Positions 8,276-22,295 are shown, counted from the first letter of the stretch. The stretch is 47,897 nt of DNA from an uncultured bacterium (GCA_965369445.1 CBDUQU010000003.1:1-47897); one strand, 5' to 3'. A program made the numbers and translations. Notes: a model not told the origin generated them from the sequence alone.

Positions 8276-8743
8276 ATGACCACAGGTTCCGAGAAAACCA
8301 CCAAGAAGGCCAGTGCCAAGAAAGCGGAAAGTTCGCCCAAGGAGGAGAAGGTGAAAGCAGCTGACAGCAGCGTTGAACAGGTGATAGGAATTATCGAGAA
8401 GATGAGCGTTCTGGAGCTGGCTGAGCTTTCAAAAAGCCTCCAGGACAAGTTCGGCGTAACTGCCGCCGTCCCGGTGGCTCAGGCCGCTGCTCCCGCGGGG
8501 GCCGCGGAAGCAGCAGCGCCAGCCGAGGAAAAGACCGAGTTTTCGGCAATTCTCTCTGCCATTGGAGACAAGAAGATCCAGGTGATCAAGGTGGTGAGGG
8601 AGCTGACCGGACTGGGACTGAGAGAGGCAAAGGACTTGGTGGATAGTGCACCCAAGCCGGTCAAGGAGGATGTTCCCAAGGAGGAGGCGGAGAAGGTTAA
8701 GGCCAAACTGAGCGAGGTGGGCGCCACCGTCGAGATCAAGTAA
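8276..8743 (+). CDS. rplL: 50S ribosomal protein L7/L12 (alternative GTG start 8351)
   Basis: SVLELAEL, Ala-rich hinge, [26 protein letters not shown]. Confidence 0.96.
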   Translation: MTTGSEKTTKKASAKKAESSPKEEKVKAADSSVEQVIGIIEKMSVLELAELSKSLQDKFGVTAAVPVAQAAAPAGAAEAAAPAEEKTEFSAILSAIGDKKIQVIKVVRELTGLGLREAKDLVDSAPKPVKEDVPKEEAEKVKAKLSEVGATVEIK

Positions 8744-9009
8744 ACCGAAGAGGTAAAATGCCGCGTTGCGGGAGTCGTCGAGGTGCTAAGGATCAGAAGA
8801 CGTGCATGTTAGAGCCTGTGTGCCCTTGTGGTCAAGGCGCATTGTCGCCGCAGCTTGTGGTTCGACTTGAAGAATAACGGCGGGCTCCGGATTAGTCTTT
8901 TGATGGTCTTTGAGACCTTGCAGCATCTGCAGGCGGAACTCAGAGCGTAACAAACCGGTCTTTTTCGGTGGTTGAAGGTGTAACAGCCCCGCGCAAGCGG
9001 TTCGGATTG

Positions 9010-9036
9010 ACCGGCGGGCTAAGCCCGCGGGTTTTT
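9010..9036 (+). terminator. Putative intrinsic terminator/attenuator between rplL and rpoB
   Basis: GCGGGC-TAA-GCCCGC hairpin with extension, followed by GTTTTT. Confidence 0.55.
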
Positions 9037-9215
9037 CAATCGGAGAAATCGACACTTGCCCGACAAGGTGCAGAGAACAGCTAACCTCAGCTTTTTCTAC
9101 AAAGGAATGAGGTAAACCTCGCAGCAGATGAAAAAGGTGAGTTTAACCCGAACTCTCTCGGCAAAAGGGTCAACCCGGGTGGTTGATCTTTTTGAGCCAA
9201 AGGAGCGTGGTAAAA

Positions 9216-12200
9216 TTGGATAAGATCAAAAAAGTGGAGCGGGTCTCTTTTTCCAAGCTCATATCGGATGTTGAGATGCCCAATCTTCTGGACGTCCAGT
9301 TGCAATCCTATAACGAGTTCCTGCAAGCCGACGTGGAGGTAGAGAAGAGGGAGCATAAGGGACTCCAGGCGGTCTTTAAGAGCATATTTCCGATAAGCGA
9401 CATACGTGAGAACTTCTCTTTGGAATTCGTCAGGTACACGCTGGGAACCCCCCGCTATACGGTGCGTGAATGCCTGGAGAGAAACATGAGCTATGTCGCT
9501 CCGCTGAAAGCCACCCTGAGATTGGTGGTGCGCGAGGCTCAGGGAAAAAGCAAGACGGTAAAGGACATCATTGAACAGGATGTCTTCTTGGGCGAACTTC
9601 CCTTGATTACCGACAAGGGAACCTTCATAATCAACGGTGCCGAGAGAGTGGTGGTGAGCCAGCTGCATCGGTCCCCCGGAGTCTTCTTTGACCAGGAGAC
9701 GCATCCCAGCGGAAAAAGGCTGTTCTCCGCTCGCATCATCCCCTATCGCGGCTCCTGGGTTGAATTCAGCCTGGACGTCAACGACGTCATGCATGTCAAC
9801 ATAGACAGCCGGAGAAAAATCCCCGCGACCACGTTTTTGCGCGCGCTGGGATACTCCACGGACGAGGACATCCTGGACCTTTTTTATGAGATCGAGAAGG
9901 CCGAGATATCCGGCCGGAAACGCGCCAAGCTTCCGGGGAGAGTGTGCGCCCAGACCGCGGTGGATAAGGAGACAGGCGAGGTGATCGTATCTGCAGGAGA
10001 GGCCCTCACCGATGCTCACCTGGACCGACTAAAGGAGTTGGGAATGGGCAAGCTGAAGCTTCTGGTATTCGATCCCCAGAGGGACGTTGGCGTGATCGTC
10101 AACACCTTAGGTAAGGACGCCACCAAGTCCCAGATAGAAGCGTTGATGAAGATATATTCCCTTCTGAGGCCGGGGGAGCCGCCCACCGAGGAGGTGGCCC
10201 AGAGTCTTCTGGAGAGGCTCTTTTTTACCTCCAAGCGCTACGATCTGGGTGAGGTTGGCAGGCACATGATAAATCGGAGGCTCAAACTCAACATCCCTTT
10301 GAGTGTGACCATCCTGGACAAGCAGGATTTCGTCACCATAATTAAGTATCTGGTGGGCTTGAAGAAGGGAGAGGGCTTTGTGGATGACATCGATCATCTG
10401 GGGAACCGCCGGGCCCGAACCGTAGGGGAGCTTCTGGAGAATCAGTTCTCCATCGGGCTCTCTCGAATGGCGCGGACCATCCGGGAGAGGATGAGCCTGA
10501 AGGATACCGAGACCATTACCCCGCACGATCTGGTAAATGCCCGGACCGTCTCGGCGGTGATACAGACCTTCTTCGGATCCTCTCAGCTTTCTCAATTCAT
10601 GGATCAGACCAATCCCTTATCCGAGCTGACCCATAAAAGACGTCTGTCCGCCCTGGGGCCGGGAGGATTGACCCGGGAGAGGGCCGGATTTGAGGTAAGG
10701 GACGTGCATCATACTCACTACGGTCGCATGTGCCCGATAGAGACTCCAGAGGGTCCCAACATCGGGCTGATCGGCTCGCTGTCCACCTACGCCCGGATCA
10801 ACAAACACGGTTTTTTAGAGACCCCTTACCGGAAGGTGAAGAAGGGAAAGGTGACCCAACAGACCGAATATCTTACCGCGGATCAGGAGGATCGCTTCGT
10901 CATAGCTCAGGCCAACGAGCTTCTGGACAAGGAGGGTCGATTCGTCAGCAGCTTGGTGAAGGCTCGCCATCGGGGGGATTTTGAGACGGTTCCGGGAGAG
11001 GACATCAATTACATGGATGTCTCTCCGAAACAATTGGTTAGCGTGGCTGCCGCCCTGATTCCCTTTCTGGGACACGACGATGCCAACCGGGCACTGATGG
11101 GTTCCAACATGCAGCGGCAGGCGGTGCCGTTACTTTTGACCGAGCCTCCGCTGATTGGGACCGGCATGGAGGGGAAAGCGGCCATGGATTCGCTGGCTAT
11201 AGTGCTGGCCAAAAGAGACGGGGTGGTGGAGTCCGTAACCTGCGAGAAGATCGTCATTCGGCCCACCGATCATACCTCGGAGGTGGACATCTCCGGGGTG
11301 GACGAGTACGAGTTGCTCAAATTCAAAAGATCCAATCAGGACACCTGCATAAATGAAAGACCCCTGGTGGACGTGGGGGACAAGATAAAAAAAGGCAGCT
11401 GTATCGCCGACGGTCCCGCCACCTCCGCAGGGGAGTTGGCCTTGGGGGTCAATGTGCTGGTGGCTTTCATGCCCTGGAGGGGATACAATTTCGAGGATGC
11501 CATCATCGTCAGCGAGAGATTGGTGGTGCAGGATATATTCACCTCCATTCACATTGAGGAGTTCGAGCTTCAGGTGCGAGAGACCAAGAGGGGAGCAGAG
11601 GAGATCACCCCCGAGATTCCCAACGTATCGGACGAAGCTTTGGCAAACTTGGATGAGAGAGGGGTGATCAGGATCGGTGCGGAGGTGGAGGCCGGGGACG
11701 TCTTGGTGGGAAAGGTGACTCCAAAAGGAGAAACCGAGCTTTCCCCGGAGGAGAGACTGCTTCGGGCCATCTTCGGAGAGAAGGCCGGAGACGTGAAGGA
11801 CGCTTCCTTAAAGGCCCCTCCGGGAATGAAAGGAGTGGTCATCGATTCTAAGGTTTTCTCCCGCAAGGAGTGGGGAGGGGAGTATAAGAAGGCAGAAAAA
11901 AGCGAGATCGCCAAACTGAAGCGAGAATTCCAGAAGCAACTGGAGATCTTGAAAGGCCTGCGAGACGAAAGGCTGTCAAAGCTTCTGGACGGTCAGACAG
12001 CCAGGACCATCCGCAGCGCCAAAGACAACTCCATCGTCTTCAGGGCCGGATCGAAATTCAAGAAGAGCTCGCTTGAAAAAATCGAGGTGGACGAGTTGGC
12101 GGCGGATGAGGGCTTGGTCCAGGATCCCAAGGTCAGCAGGAAGGTGAAGGCGCTTCTCTCCGGCTATGAGGAGCTGATGAACGAAAGAAAAGCTCAGTTC

Positions 12201-12980
12201 GACGTGGATTCAGAGAAGGTGATTCGCGGGGCGGAGTTGCCTCCCGGTGTGGTGCAGTTGGCCAAGGTGAGCGTGGCCACGAAGAGGAAGCTCTCGGTGG
12301 GAGACAAGATGGCGGGGAGGCACGGGAACAAAGGTGTGGTCTCCAAGATCGTGCCGGTGGAGGATATGCCCTACCTGCCCGACGGAACGCCGGTGGAGTT
12401 GATCTTAAATCCTCTGGGCGTTCCCTCCCGAATGAACGTGGGCCAGATACTGGAGACCCATCTGGGTTGGGCCGCCAAGACCGATGGCTACTACGTCTCC
12501 TGTCCGGTATTCGACGGGGCCGACTTAGGCGAGGTTAAGCAGGCGCTCAAGAAGGCCGGCCTGCCGGAGTCGGGAAAGATCACCCTCTACGACGGCATGA
12601 CCGGAGAGCCTTTTGATGAGCCGATCACCGTGGGATATATATATATGATGAAACTCTCTCACCTGGTGGATGACAAGATACACGCCCGCTCCATAGGACC
12701 CTATTCCTTGGTCACCCAGCAGCCCCTGGGAGGAAAGGCGCAGTTTGGGGGACAGAGGTTTGGGGAGATGGAGGTGTGGGCGCTGGAAGCTTATGGAGCC
12801 GCTTACACTCTCCAGGAGATGCTGACGGTGAAATCGGATGACGTGGCTGGAAGATCAAGGGTTTACGAGGCAATCGTAAAGGGGGAGAATCCTCCGGAAC
12901 CGGGAATCCCGGAATCGTTCAACGTGCTGGTCAAGGAACTGCAAAGTCTGGGACTTGACGTGGAGTTGATTGAGAGCTGA
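9216..12980 (+). CDS. rpoB: RNA polymerase beta subunit (start uncertain: 9183, 9207 or 9216)
   Basis: [26 protein letters not shown]; AAGGAG at 9200-9205 favours TTG 9216. Confidence 0.98.
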   Translation: MDKIKKVERVSFSKLISDVEMPNLLDVQLQSYNEFLQADVEVEKREHKGLQAVFKSIFPISDIRENFSLEFVRYTLGTPRYTVRECLERNMSYVAPLKATLRLVVREAQGKSKTVKDIIEQDVFLGELPLITDKGTFIINGAERVVVSQLHRSPGVFFDQETHPSGKRLFSARIIPYRGSWVEFSLDVNDVMHVNIDSRRKIPATTFLRALGYSTDEDILDLFYEIEKAEISGRKRAKLPGRVCAQTAVDKETGEVIVSAGEALTDAHLDRLKELGMGKLKLLVFDPQRDVGVIVNTLGKDATKSQIEALMKIYSLLRPGEPPTEEVAQSLLERLFFTSKRYDLGEVGRHMINRRLKLNIPLSVTILDKQDFVTIIKYLVGLKKGEGFVDDIDHLGNRRARTVGELLENQFSIGLSRMARTIRERMSLKDTETITPHDLVNARTVSAVIQTFFGSSQLSQFMDQTNPLSELTHKRRLSALGPGGLTRERAGFEVRDVHHTHYGRMCPIETPEGPNIGLIGSLSTYARINKHGFLETPYRKVKKGKVTQQTEYLTADQEDRFVIAQANELLDKEGRFVSSLVKARHRGDFETVPGEDINYMDVSPKQLVSVAAALIPFLGHDDANRALMGSNMQRQAVPLLLTEPPLIGTGMEGKAAMDSLAIVLAKRDGVVESVTCEKIVIRPTDHTSEVDISGVDEYELLKFKRSNQDTCINERPLVDVGDKIKKGSCIADGPATSAGELALGVNVLVAFMPWRGYNFEDAIIVSERLVVQDIFTSIHIEEFELQVRETKRGAEEITPEIPNVSDEALANLDERGVIRIGAEVEAGDVLVGKVTPKGETELSPEERLLRAIFGEKAGDVKDASLKAPPGMKGVVIDSKVFSRKEWGGEYKKAEKSEIAKLKREFQKQLEILKGLRDERLSKLLDGQTARTIRSAKDNSIVFRAGSKFKKSSLEKIEVDELAADEGLVQDPKVSRKVKALLSGYEELMNERKAQFDVDSEKVIRGAELPPGVVQLAKVSVATKRKLSVGDKMAGRHGNKGVVSKIVPVEDMPYLPDGTPVELILNPLGVPSRMNVGQILETHLGWAAKTDGYYVSCPVFDGADLGEVKQALKKAGLPESGKITLYDGMTGEPFDEPITVGYIYMMKLSHLVDDKIHARSIGPYSLVTQQPLGGKAQFGGQRFGEMEVWALEAYGAAYTLQEMLTVKSDDVAGRSRVYEAIVKGENPPEPGIPESFNVLVKELQSLGLDVELIES

Positions 12981-13080
12981 AGAGTCGGCATTCATCCGCC
13001 GGGAGGTTTGGGGGCCAAGCGGACGTCGGCGCAAAGGTGAGCCTGTCTTATAATCCCCAAAAGGGGAAAGGAGGTTTCTG

Positions 13081-16000
13081 ATGGTTGAATTTCAACCAAA
13101 AAGATTTATGCGGCCATCGGACTTCTTCGCCATAAAGATTCAATTGGCCTCTCCCCAGATCATAAGATCATGGTCTTACGGGGAGGTCACCAAGCCGGAA
13201 ACCATTAATTATAGATCCTTCAAGCCGGAGAGGGATGGTCTTTTCTGTGAGCGGATATTCGGGCCGGTCAAGGATTGGGAATGCTCGTGCGGCAAATACA
13301 AGAGAGTCAGATTCAGGGGGATCGTCTGCGATCGGTGCGGGGTGGAGGTTACCCAGTCCAAGGTTCGCCGGGAGCGACTGGGACACATCGAGCTGGCGGT
13401 GCCGGTCAGCCATATCTGGTTCTTCAAATCCATCCCCACCCGAATCGGATACCTGTTGGACCTGTCCATAAGACAGCTGGAAAAGATATTGTATTATGAG
13501 TCTTACGTGGTCATTGATCCGGGCAACACCCCTCTGAAGCACAAGGACATAATCTCCGAGGAGGAGTACTCTGAATTAGAGCAGTCAGGCAAGGAGTTTG
13601 TCGCCAAGATGGGGGCTGAGGCGATCTTAGAGGTTCTGCGGCAGGTGGACGTGGAGGAACTCTCCATATCCCTGCGAGCTCAGGTGAAAATCGAAACCTC
13701 GGCTCAGAGAAAGAAGGATAGCCTGAAGAGACTCAGGGTGATCGAGGCGTTCCGGCAGTCCCAGAACAAGCCGGAATGGATGATCCTGACCGTTCTGCCG
13801 ATCATTCCGCCGGACCTAAGACCGTTAGTCCCTCTGGAGGGAGGAAGATTCGCCACCTCGGATTTAAACGACCTTTACCGCCGGGTGATCAACCGAAACA
13901 ACCGTTTGAAGAAGCTGATGGAGATAAGGGCTCCCGAGGTGATCCTGCGCAACGAGAAGAGGATGCTCCAGGAGGCGGTGGACGCCCTTTTGGATAACGG
14001 CAGGCGATCCCAGTCGGTGAGGGGAGACTCCAAGCGACCTCTCAAGTCGTTGTCCGACCTTCTCAAAGGGAAGCAGGGAAGGTTCAGGCAGAACCTTCTG
14101 GGCAAGAGGGTGGACTACTCGGGCAGGTCGGTGATCGTGGTGGGACCGGAATTGAAAATTCACCAGTGTGGTTTGCCCAAGACCATGGCGCTGGAGCTGT
14201 TCAAGCCCTTTATCATCATGAAGCTGGAGGAGAAAGGTTACGTTCAGACGGTGAAGTCGGCCAAGAAGCTGGTGGAGAAGGAGCGTCCGGAGGTATGGGA
14301 CATCTTGGAGGAGATCATCCGGGATCATCCCATTCTTCTGAACCGAGCCCCCACCCTGCACAGATTGGGGATTCAGGCCTTCTATCCGGTCTTAGTCGAA
14401 GGAAAGGCGATAAGGCTGCATCCCTTGGTCTGCGCCGCCTTCAACGCGGACTTCGATGGGGATCAGATGGCGGTGCACGTGCCTCTATCGTTCGAGGCGC
14501 AGTTGGAAGCGAAGCTGTTGATGCTTTCGGTGAACAACCTCTTAGCGCCGTCCAGCGGCAACCCCGTTGCCACTCCCAGCCAGGACATAGTGCTGGGATG
14601 CTATTACCTCACCAAGGAGAAGCCCGGGCAGAAGGGTGAGGGAAAGATATTCTCCTCCGCCGACGAGGTGATGGCCGCCCTTGACGCCAAGGAGGTCGGA
14701 CTGCATGCCGGAATCAAGGTACTCTTGGACGGAAAGATCGTCGAGACTACGGTCGGCCGGGTGGTCTTCAACCAGATAGTCCCCCCGGAGCTGGGCTATT
14801 TCAACGACCTGGCCAACAAAGCGAAGGTGGCCGACTTAGTGGCCCAGTCGTATCGAGAGCTGGGAGCGTCTCGTTCCTCAGCCTTCCTGGATGCATTGAA
14901 GAAGCTGGGCTTTGAATATGCCACCCTCTCAGGGATAACCGTGGGAGTGGACGATATGGTGATTCCGCCGGAGAAGCAGGTCTTGATCGAAAAGGCACGC
15001 AAGGAAGTGGAAAAGATATGGAAGCAGTATAAAAGGGGCGTGATCACCAACGGCGAGAGATATAACAAGGTGATCGATACCTGGACCCGCACCACCTCCG
15101 AGGTGGGGGAGGTGATGTTCCAGAGGTTGCAGATGGAGCACGGGGGCTTCAATCCCATCTTCATGATGGCGGATTCGGGAGCCAGGGGAAGCCAGGAACA
15201 GATAAGGCAGCTGGCCGGAATGCGGGGATTGATGGCCAAACCCCAGAAGAGGATCACCGGACAGATCGGCGAGATCATCGAATCCCCTATCGTGGCCAAC
15301 TTCAGGGAAGGGCTGGACGTTCTGGAGTATTTCATCTCCACTCACGGAGCCAGGAAGGGTCTGGCTGACACTGCCCTAAAGACAGCCGACGCCGGCTATC
15401 TCACCAGAAGACTGGTAGACGTAGCCCAGGACGTTATCATCACGGAACGAGATTGTGGCACCATCTTAGGCTTAAGCGTGTCCGCCTTGAAGGAGGGGGA
15501 GGAGGTGATCGAGTCTCTCAGAGACAGGGTCTTGGGAAGGGTAGCTTTAGAAGACGTATACGACACCATCACCGAGGATCTCCTGGCTAAGGCCGGGGAG
15601 GAGATCGACGAGGAATCGGCTACTCGAATAGACGAGTCCGGGGTAGAGTCGGTGCGCATCAGATCCATTTTGACCTGCGAATCCAAAAGAGGAATCTGTG
15701 CCAAATGTTACGGGCGGAACTTAGCCACCGGAAACACGGCAGATCTGGGAGAGGCGGTAGGGGTGATCGCAGCTCAGAGCATAGGAGAGCCGGGAACCCA
15801 GCTTACCCTGCGTACCTTCCATATCGGAGGAACCGCCGCCAGGATCGCCGAGCAATCGAAGGTGACCTCCAAAGGCGAAGGGAAGGCGGTCTACAAGAAC
15901 TTAAAGTTCGTCACCAAGCAGGATGGCGACATGGTGGTGCTGGGAAGAGAAGGAGAGCTGGAACTTCTGGATGAGAGGGGGAGAGTCAGATCAAGATATA

Positions 16001-17139
16001 CCGTCCCCTACTCTGCCGTCCTTCGGGTCAAGGATAACGCCAAAGTGGGCAGGGAGGACACACTATTCGAATGGGACCCATACACGCATACCATTCTGTC
16101 GGAGCGTGCCGGAAAGGTGCATTTTGTGGACATCATCGAGAACGAAAGCTTCCGGGAGGAGTTGGACGTGACCACCGGTTTAAGACAGAGGGTGGTCATA
16201 GAACAGAGGGAGAAACAGCTCCGTCCCCACATCCAGGTCAAGGATTCAAAGGGAAGGAAGCTGGGTAACTACTCCATACCGACCGGGGCTCATCTTCAGG
16301 TTCACGACGGGGACAAGGTGGAAGCCGGAGAATTCTTGGTCAAGATCCCCCGGGACATCTCCAAGACCCGCGACATAACCGGCGGGCTCCCCCGGGTAGC
16401 AGAGCTGTTTGAGGCTCGCAAGCCCAAGGATCCGGCGGTGGTGACCGAGATCGACGGGGTGGTGGAGTTCGGAAAGATCATTCGCGGAGCCACCCAGATT
16501 CTGGTCCAGGGATTCGGAGGTGAGGTCAGGGAGTATCTGATACCCCACGGGAAGCATATGAGAGTCCATGACCAGGATCAGGTCAGGGCCGGACAGAGGC
16601 TTTGTGAGGGACCCATCGATCCTCACGACATCCTCGGGATCAAGGGGGTGAACGCCGTGCAGGAGTATCTGGAAAACGAGATTCAGGAGGTCTACCGGCT
16701 TCAGGGAGTGAAGATAAACGATAAACACATCGAGGTCATAGTCAGGCAGATGCTGCAGAAGGTGAAGGTGGAGGACGTGGGGGATACCAACTTCTTGGAA
16801 GGCGAGCAGGTGGATAAGCACAGGTTCAGGGAGGAGAACGAGAAGGTCATCGCCGAAGGTGGAGATCCGGCCACGTTCCAGCCCCTGCTTCTGGGAATCA
16901 CCAAAGCCTCTCTCTCCACGGAGAGCTTCATCTCCGCGGCCTCGTTCCAGGAGACTACCCGGGTGCTGACCGAGGCGGTAATAAATGGGAAAACGGATTA
17001 CCTTCTGGGTCTCAAGGAGAACGTGATCATCGGACAGCTTATCCCCGCAGGTACCGGTCTGGAAAGATACAGAAATATAAGGATAAAGGAGAAGGCGGAG
17101 CCAAAAGAGGAAGTGAAGATCTTAGAGGAGATCGAGTGA
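13081..17139 (+). CDS. rpoC: RNA polymerase beta' subunit
   Basis: NADFDGD catalytic motif, N-terminal Zn finger; 1352 aa. Confidence 0.99.
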   Translation: MVEFQPKRFMRPSDFFAIKIQLASPQIIRSWSYGEVTKPETINYRSFKPERDGLFCERIFGPVKDWECSCGKYKRVRFRGIVCDRCGVEVTQSKVRRERLGHIELAVPVSHIWFFKSIPTRIGYLLDLSIRQLEKILYYESYVVIDPGNTPLKHKDIISEEEYSELEQSGKEFVAKMGAEAILEVLRQVDVEELSISLRAQVKIETSAQRKKDSLKRLRVIEAFRQSQNKPEWMILTVLPIIPPDLRPLVPLEGGRFATSDLNDLYRRVINRNNRLKKLMEIRAPEVILRNEKRMLQEAVDALLDNGRRSQSVRGDSKRPLKSLSDLLKGKQGRFRQNLLGKRVDYSGRSVIVVGPELKIHQCGLPKTMALELFKPFIIMKLEEKGYVQTVKSAKKLVEKERPEVWDILEEIIRDHPILLNRAPTLHRLGIQAFYPVLVEGKAIRLHPLVCAAFNADFDGDQMAVHVPLSFEAQLEAKLLMLSVNNLLAPSSGNPVATPSQDIVLGCYYLTKEKPGQKGEGKIFSSADEVMAALDAKEVGLHAGIKVLLDGKIVETTVGRVVFNQIVPPELGYFNDLANKAKVADLVAQSYRELGASRSSAFLDALKKLGFEYATLSGITVGVDDMVIPPEKQVLIEKARKEVEKIWKQYKRGVITNGERYNKVIDTWTRTTSEVGEVMFQRLQMEHGGFNPIFMMADSGARGSQEQIRQLAGMRGLMAKPQKRITGQIGEIIESPIVANFREGLDVLEYFISTHGARKGLADTALKTADAGYLTRRLVDVAQDVIITERDCGTILGLSVSALKEGEEVIESLRDRVLGRVALEDVYDTITEDLLAKAGEEIDEESATRIDESGVESVRIRSILTCESKRGICAKCYGRNLATGNTADLGEAVGVIAAQSIGEPGTQLTLRTFHIGGTAARIAEQSKVTSKGEGKAVYKNLKFVTKQDGDMVVLGREGELELLDERGRVRSRYTVPYSAVLRVKDNAKVGREDTLFEWDPYTHTILSERAGKVHFVDIIENESFREELDVTTGLRQRVVIEQREKQLRPHIQVKDSKGRKLGNYSIPTGAHLQVHDGDKVEAGEFLVKIPRDISKTRDITGGLPRVAELFEARKPKDPAVVTEIDGVVEFGKIIRGATQILVQGFGGEVREYLIPHGKHMRVHDQDQVRAGQRLCEGPIDPHDILGIKGVNAVQEYLENEIQEVYRLQGVKINDKHIEVIVRQMLQKVKVEDVGDTNFLEGEQVDKHRFREENEKVIAEGGDPATFQPLLLGITKASLSTESFISAASFQETTRVLTEAVINGKTDYLLGLKENVIIGQLIPAGTGLERYRNIRIKEKAEPKEEVKILEEIE

Positions 17140-17190
17140 GCCTTCAGGTTGGCTTGTTTCAAACGGAGTTGAAAATAGTGAAGAAAAAGC

Positions 17191-17218
17191 TTGACATTTC
17201 GCAATAAGGGGATATAAT
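17191..17218 (+). promoter_or_regulatory. str operon promoter
   Basis: Perfect TTGACA, 16 bp, TATAAT. Confidence 0.8.
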
Positions 17219-17346
17219 GCAAGTCTGTCTCGGCCTTGCTCTTTAGCAGAACGAGGGCCGTGGAGCATAAGAGTCCCAGACGCGAAGGTCTGGTTACGCA
17301 TCATGGTACATAAGTGTAATTGAGTAAACTACAAGGAGAGGAATCG

Positions 17347-17733
17347 TTGCCGACCATTAATCAGCTTATCAAAAAGGGAAGGAAGATCATAAAGCGAAAG
17401 TCCTCTACTCCGGCCATGCAGGGATGCCCTCAAAAACGAGGAGTCTGTACCAGGGTTTATACCAGCACTCCCAAAAAGCCCAACTCCGCCTTGAGGAAGG
17501 TAGCCCGGGTGAGGTTGACCAATGGGATCGAGGTCACCTCTTATATACCGGGAGAGGGACACAACCTGCAGGAGCACTCCATAGTCTTAATCAGAGGAGG
17601 AAGGGTAAAGGATCTGCCCGGGGTTAGATATCACGTGATCAGGGGTACCTTAGATACCAGCGGGGTAACCGATCGAAGGCAGGGAAGGTCGAAATACGGG
17701 GCCAAGAGGCCCAAAAAGACGACCGTGGCCTGA
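17347..17733 (+). CDS. rpsL: 30S ribosomal protein S12
   Basis: [25 protein letters not shown]; TTG start 17347 after AGGAGAGG. Confidence 0.98.
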   Translation: MPTINQLIKKGRKIIKRKSSTPAMQGCPQKRGVCTRVYTSTPKKPNSALRKVARVRLTNGIEVTSYIPGEGHNLQEHSIVLIRGGRVKDLPGVRYHVIRGTLDTSGVTDRRQGRSKYGAKRPKKTTVA

Positions 17734-17828
17734 ACCAGCTTTGCCGAATCGAAGCTTCAAACGGTGAATCTTATCTGTGGCAGGTTTTTTTTGTACAGAA
17801 GAAATTCTTGATTTAAGGACCACAAGAT

Positions 17829-18299
17829 ATGCCAAGAAGAAAAGCGGCGGAAAAAAGAAAGAAGACTCCGGATTATAAGTTTAAGGATGTCATGGCCGGA
17901 CAGTTCGTGAACTACCTGATGCGAAGGGGAAAAAAGAGCGTGGCGGAGAAGATATTCTATGACGCCTTGGATATTCTCACCAAGAAGACCGGTCAACCCG
18001 GGATAAACGTCTTCAAAAAGGCCTTGGACAGCGTGCGTCCTGTCTTGGAGGTAAAACCTCGTCGGGTGGGAGGTGCCACCTATCAGGTGCCGGTGGAGGT
18101 AAGGTCGGACAGAAGCATCGCTCTGGCCATGAGATGGATAATAGGTCATACCAGACAAAGAGGCGGGCGCTCTATGGCAGAGAAGCTGGCGGAGGAGCTT
18201 CTGGCCGCTTCCAAGAATGAGGGTGCCTCCGTTAAGAAGAAGGAGGATACCCACAAGATGGCCGAAGCCAACAAGGCTTTCGCCCATTTCAGATGGTAG
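17829..18299 (+). CDS. rpsG: 30S ribosomal protein S7
   Basis: RRVGGATYQVP, HKMAEANKAFAHFRW. Confidence 0.98.
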   Translation: MPRRKAAEKRKKTPDYKFKDVMAGQFVNYLMRRGKKSVAEKIFYDALDILTKKTGQPGINVFKKALDSVRPVLEVKPRRVGGATYQVPVEVRSDRSIALAMRWIIGHTRQRGGRSMAEKLAEELLAASKNEGASVKKKEDTHKMAEANKAFAHFRW

Positions 18300-18491
18300 A
18301 GGGTATGCTGAGAGAGAGGATCTGCGAAAAACCGATCTTCGGTCAGAGCCTCTCGATTTTTTATATGGTTCACGAGGGATTTTTTTGTGTGGCAGGGTCA
18401 GATAAACCCATAAGAAGGCAATTTAAATTAGCCTAACGTGTTAAGGACAAAGAGACAACAGACAAGTCAGACTTCAGGCAGGATGGCTTTT

Positions 18492-20573
18492 ATGCCCAGA
18501 GGTTTTTCATTAGACAGGGTGCGAAATATCGGGATAATGGCGCATGTTGATGCCGGCAAGACCACCACCACCGAACGCATCCTGTATTACACCGGAAAGA
18601 CGCACCGGATGGGGGAGGTGGATGACGGGGCGGCAACCATGGACTGGATGGAACAGGAGAAGGAGAGGGGGATAACCATCACCTCTGCCGCCACCACCTG
18701 CTTCTGGGGCAAACACCAGATAAACATAATCGACACCCCGGGACACGTGGATTTCACCGTTGAGGTGGAGAGGTCGTTGAGGGTTCTGGATGGAGCCATC
18801 GCCATCCTCTGCAGCGTGGGGGGAGTGGAGCCTCAGTCTGAAACCGTGTGGAGACAGGCAGATAGGTACCACGTTCCCCGGATCGTTCTCGTCAACAAGA
18901 TGGACCGGGTTGGGTGCGACTTTGAAAACGCGGTGGGCACGCTCAAGAAGCGTCTGGGGGCCAATGCTATACCCATACAGCTGCCGGTTTTTCACGACGA
19001 GAAATTCTCCGGGATAATTGATCTGATCACCCAACAGTACCGGGTCTATCACCAGGAGAGCCTGGGTGCCACCTTTCAAGACCTTCCCATCCCTCCAGAC
19101 TCTGTGGATAGAGCCAAAAAGGGTAGGGAGGAGTTGCTGGAAGCTCTAACCTTTTATGATGACCGGCTCCTGGAGAAATTCTTGAATGACGAACCGATAC
19201 CGGCAGAGGAGATAAAAGAGGCGTTGAGGAAGGCCACCCTGGATGTGAAGATCTTTCCGGTGCTCTGCGGTTCGGCTCTCCGGAATCAGGGAGTTCAGAA
19301 GCTTTTGGATGCGGTGGTCAACTTTCTTCCCTCTCCCGTCGACATGCCCCCGGTTAAAGGCCTGAACCCGGATAAGAACAAAGAGGAGACCAGGTTGCCT
19401 TCCGACGACGAGCCTTTTTGTGCCCTGGCCTTTAAAGTCGCCTCGGACCCTTACGTGGGCAAGCTGATCTATTTTCGGGTCTATTCCGGAAAACTGAAGG
19501 TGGGAAGCGCGGTTCTCAACGCAAACACCAAAGTCAGGGAGAGGATAGGGCGGATTCTGGAGATGCATGCCAACAAAAGGCTGGACAAGCAGGAGGTCCA
19601 CACCGGGGACATCGTCGCGGCGGTGGGACTGAGAAAGACCGTCACCGGTCATACCCTCTGCGACCAGAAAAGGCCGATCCTGCTGGAAAAGATACGATTC
19701 CCCGAGCCGGTTATATCTGTTGCCATCGAGCCCAAGACCAAGGCGGATCAGGATCAGTTGAGCGGGGCGCTGGCCAAGCTGGCGGAGGAGGACCCCACCT
19801 TCAGCGTGATGACCAACCAGGAGACCGGACAGACCATAATCTCGGGAATGGGGGAGCTTCATCTGGAGGTCTTAGTCGAGCGGATGACCCGGGAGTTTGG
19901 GGTGAAAGCCAACGTGGGAAAACCGCAGGTGTCTTACAAGGAGACCATCACTGCCCCGGTCGAGGTGGAGGGGAAGTTTATCCGGCAGACCGGCGGTAGG
20001 GGTCAATACGCATGGGTGAAGATAAGGCTGGAGCCGTTACCCAAAGGGTCCGGATTTGAATTTGAGAACGCTACCAAGGGAGGAGTTCTGCCCAGAGAAT
20101 TCGTTCGCCCGGTGAAGGAGGGAATCGCCGAATCAATGCAGAACGGCGTTCTGGCAGGATATCCCATGGTTGACATCAAGGCCATCCTTCTGGACGGCAA
20201 GTATCATGAGGTGGACTCCACCGAGCTGGCTTACCGGATTGCAGGCTCCAAGGCTTTTCAGGAAGCGGCCGCCAAAGCCAATCCGGCGCTGTTGGAGCCG
20301 GTCATGAAGGTGGAAATCATCGTGTCCGACGATTATCTGGGTGACGTGATAAACGACCTGAATTCAAAACGGGGGAATATCCTGGGGATTCATCCCAAAG
20401 GAGATGCCAAGGCGATTGCGGTGGTGGTGCCGCTCTCCGAGATGTTTGGCTATGCCACCCGGCTCAGGTCCTTAAGTCAGGGCCGGGCCACCTTCACCAT
20501 GGAGTTTGATCATTACGGAGAGGTGCCGGAGAACATTGTGGATGGATTGATAACCAGACTGAGAGGATTTTGA
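18492..20573 (+). CDS. fusA: Elongation factor G (start 18483 or 18492)
   Basis: [36 protein letters not shown]. Confidence 0.98.
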   Translation: MPRGFSLDRVRNIGIMAHVDAGKTTTTERILYYTGKTHRMGEVDDGAATMDWMEQEKERGITITSAATTCFWGKHQINIIDTPGHVDFTVEVERSLRVLDGAIAILCSVGGVEPQSETVWRQADRYHVPRIVLVNKMDRVGCDFENAVGTLKKRLGANAIPIQLPVFHDEKFSGIIDLITQQYRVYHQESLGATFQDLPIPPDSVDRAKKGREELLEALTFYDDRLLEKFLNDEPIPAEEIKEALRKATLDVKIFPVLCGSALRNQGVQKLLDAVVNFLPSPVDMPPVKGLNPDKNKEETRLPSDDEPFCALAFKVASDPYVGKLIYFRVYSGKLKVGSAVLNANTKVRERIGRILEMHANKRLDKQEVHTGDIVAAVGLRKTVTGHTLCDQKRPILLEKIRFPEPVISVAIEPKTKADQDQLSGALAKLAEEDPTFSVMTNQETGQTIISGMGELHLEVLVERMTREFGVKANVGKPQVSYKETITAPVEVEGKFIRQTGGRGQYAWVKIRLEPLPKGSGFEFENATKGGVLPREFVRPVKEGIAESMQNGVLAGYPMVDIKAILLDGKYHEVDSTELAYRIAGSKAFQEAAAKANPALLEPVMKVEIIVSDDYLGDVINDLNSKRGNILGIHPKGDAKAIAVVVPLSEMFGYATRLRSLSQGRATFTMEFDHYGEVPENIVDGLITRLRGF

Positions 20574-20676
20574 GGTTCTTGGCGCTGAGTTTTGGCGGGA
20601 ACCTGCCTTAACTGCAATCTGTACAGGATGAGGTTATCGGAGGAATAAAGAGGAAGAAAGGCTTGGAGGTTGACTT

Positions 20677-21882
20677 ATGGCCAAGGAGAAATTTGTACGG
20701 ACGAAGCCGCACGTTAACGTTGGTACGATAGGCCACGTTGATCATGGTAAGACCACGCTGGTTGCGGCGATAACGTATGTATTGAATCGTCAGGGTTTGG
20801 CGGAGTCACAGAGTTATGATGAGATAGACAACGCCCCGGAGGAGAAGGCCCGTGGTTTGACCATTAATGTTCATCATGCGGAGTATGAGACGAAGAATCG
20901 TCATTATGCTCACATCGATTGTCCTGGTCATGCGGATTACATCAAGAACATGATCACGGGAGCGGCTCAGATGGACGGTGCGGTATTGGTTGTATCTGCG
21001 GCGGATGGACCCATGCCTCAGACCCGGGAGCACATACTTTTGGCCCGTCAGGTAGGGGTTCCGTGTATGATAGTTTTCATGAACAAAACGGACATGGTGG
21101 ACGATCCGGAGCTGTTGGATTTGGTTGAGTTGGAGGTACGGGAGCTTCTCAAGGCGTATCAGTTTCCCGGGGATGATGTACCGGTGATACGTGGTAGTGC
21201 CTTGCAGGCGATGCAGGAGGGGGAGAAGACGGATGTAAAGGATCATCCTTCTTTCAAGCCGATCAACGAGTTATTGGCAGCCATGGATGAGTATATACCT
21301 GAGCCCAAGCGTGACGTTGACAAGCCTTTTTTGATGCCGGTTGAGGACGTGTTCAGCATCACCGGTCGTGGTACGGTGGGCACGGGTCGGGTTGATCGGG
21401 GTAAGGTCAAGGTAGGGGATGATGTCGAGCGTGTAGGGATAAGGGAGACCAAGAAGACGGTGGTGACCGGGGTTGAGATGTTTCGGAAGCTATTGGACTA
21501 TGCTCAGGCTGGGGACAATGTGGGATTGCTTTTGCGTGGTATAGACAAGGATGATCTGGAGCGGGGCATGGTGATAGCGGCACCCAAGAGCATCACCCCT
21601 CACACCAAATTTAAGGGGGAGGTATACGTATTGACCAAGGAGGAGGGCGGACGTCACACTCCGTTTTTCCCTGGTTACCGGCCCCAGTTTTATTTTCGGA
21701 CCACGGACGTAACCGGCGTGATCAAGTTACCGGAGGGAGTTGAGATGGTTATGCCGGGGGACAACGTCACCATGGAGATTGAGTTGATCACCCCCATAGC
21801 CATGGAGAAGGAACTGCGCTTTGCCATCCGGGAGGGAGGACGCACGGTGGGCGCAGGTGTGGTGGGCGAGGTGATAGAATAG
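20677..21882 (+). CDS. tuf: Elongation factor Tu (copy 2)
   Basis: Protein identical to 3474-4679. Confidence 0.99.
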   Translation: MAKEKFVRTKPHVNVGTIGHVDHGKTTLVAAITYVLNRQGLAESQSYDEIDNAPEEKARGLTINVHHAEYETKNRHYAHIDCPGHADYIKNMITGAAQMDGAVLVVSAADGPMPQTREHILLARQVGVPCMIVFMNKTDMVDDPELLDLVELEVRELLKAYQFPGDDVPVIRGSALQAMQEGEKTDVKDHPSFKPINELLAAMDEYIPEPKRDVDKPFLMPVEDVFSITGRGTVGTGRVDRGKVKVGDDVERVGIRETKKTVVTGVEMFRKLLDYAQAGDNVGLLLRGIDKDDLERGMVIAAPKSITPHTKFKGEVYVLTKEEGGRHTPFFPGYRPQFYFRTTDVTGVIKLPEGVEMVMPGDNVTMEIELITPIAMEKELRFAIREGGRTVGAGVVGEVIE

Positions 21883-21983
21883 CCAATCTTCAAGCCGGTG
21901 GTGAATTCACTGGGTGTACGGATTTTGAGCAAAAGAATTGAGGCTTATTGGCGTAATCAAAATCGAATGCGAAGGATTAGCGG

Positions 21984-22292
21984 ATGAACGGACAGAAGAT
22001 CAGAATCTGGCTTAAGGCATATGATTATAGATCCCTGGACAAATCCGCCCGGGAGATCGTGAGGACCGCAACCCGGAGCGGGGCGAGGGTTACCGGACCC
22101 GTTCCCATGCCCACCAGGAGGAGAGTCTATACCGTTTTGAGATCGCCTCACGTGGACAAGAAATCACGGGAGCAGTTTGAGACCCGCATCCACAAGAGGC
22201 TGATAGACATCTATGAGTCCACCCCTCAGACCGTGGATGCCCTGATGAAGCTGGATTTGCCAGCAGGAGTGGACGTGGAGATAAAGGTGTGA
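21984..22292 (+). CDS. rpsJ: 30S ribosomal protein S10
   Basis: [21 protein letters not shown]. Confidence 0.98.
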   Translation: MNGQKIRIWLKAYDYRSLDKSAREIVRTATRSGARVTGPVPMPTRRRVYTVLRSPHVDKKSREQFETRIHKRLIDIYESTPQTVDALMKLDLPAGVDVEIKV

Positions 22293-22295
22293 AGG

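Noticed and set aside
18445-18479. Possible further heptamer array (AGACAA-like) before fusA
   Set aside because: Spacing is irregular (8, 7, 9, 7) and units are too degenerate to support.
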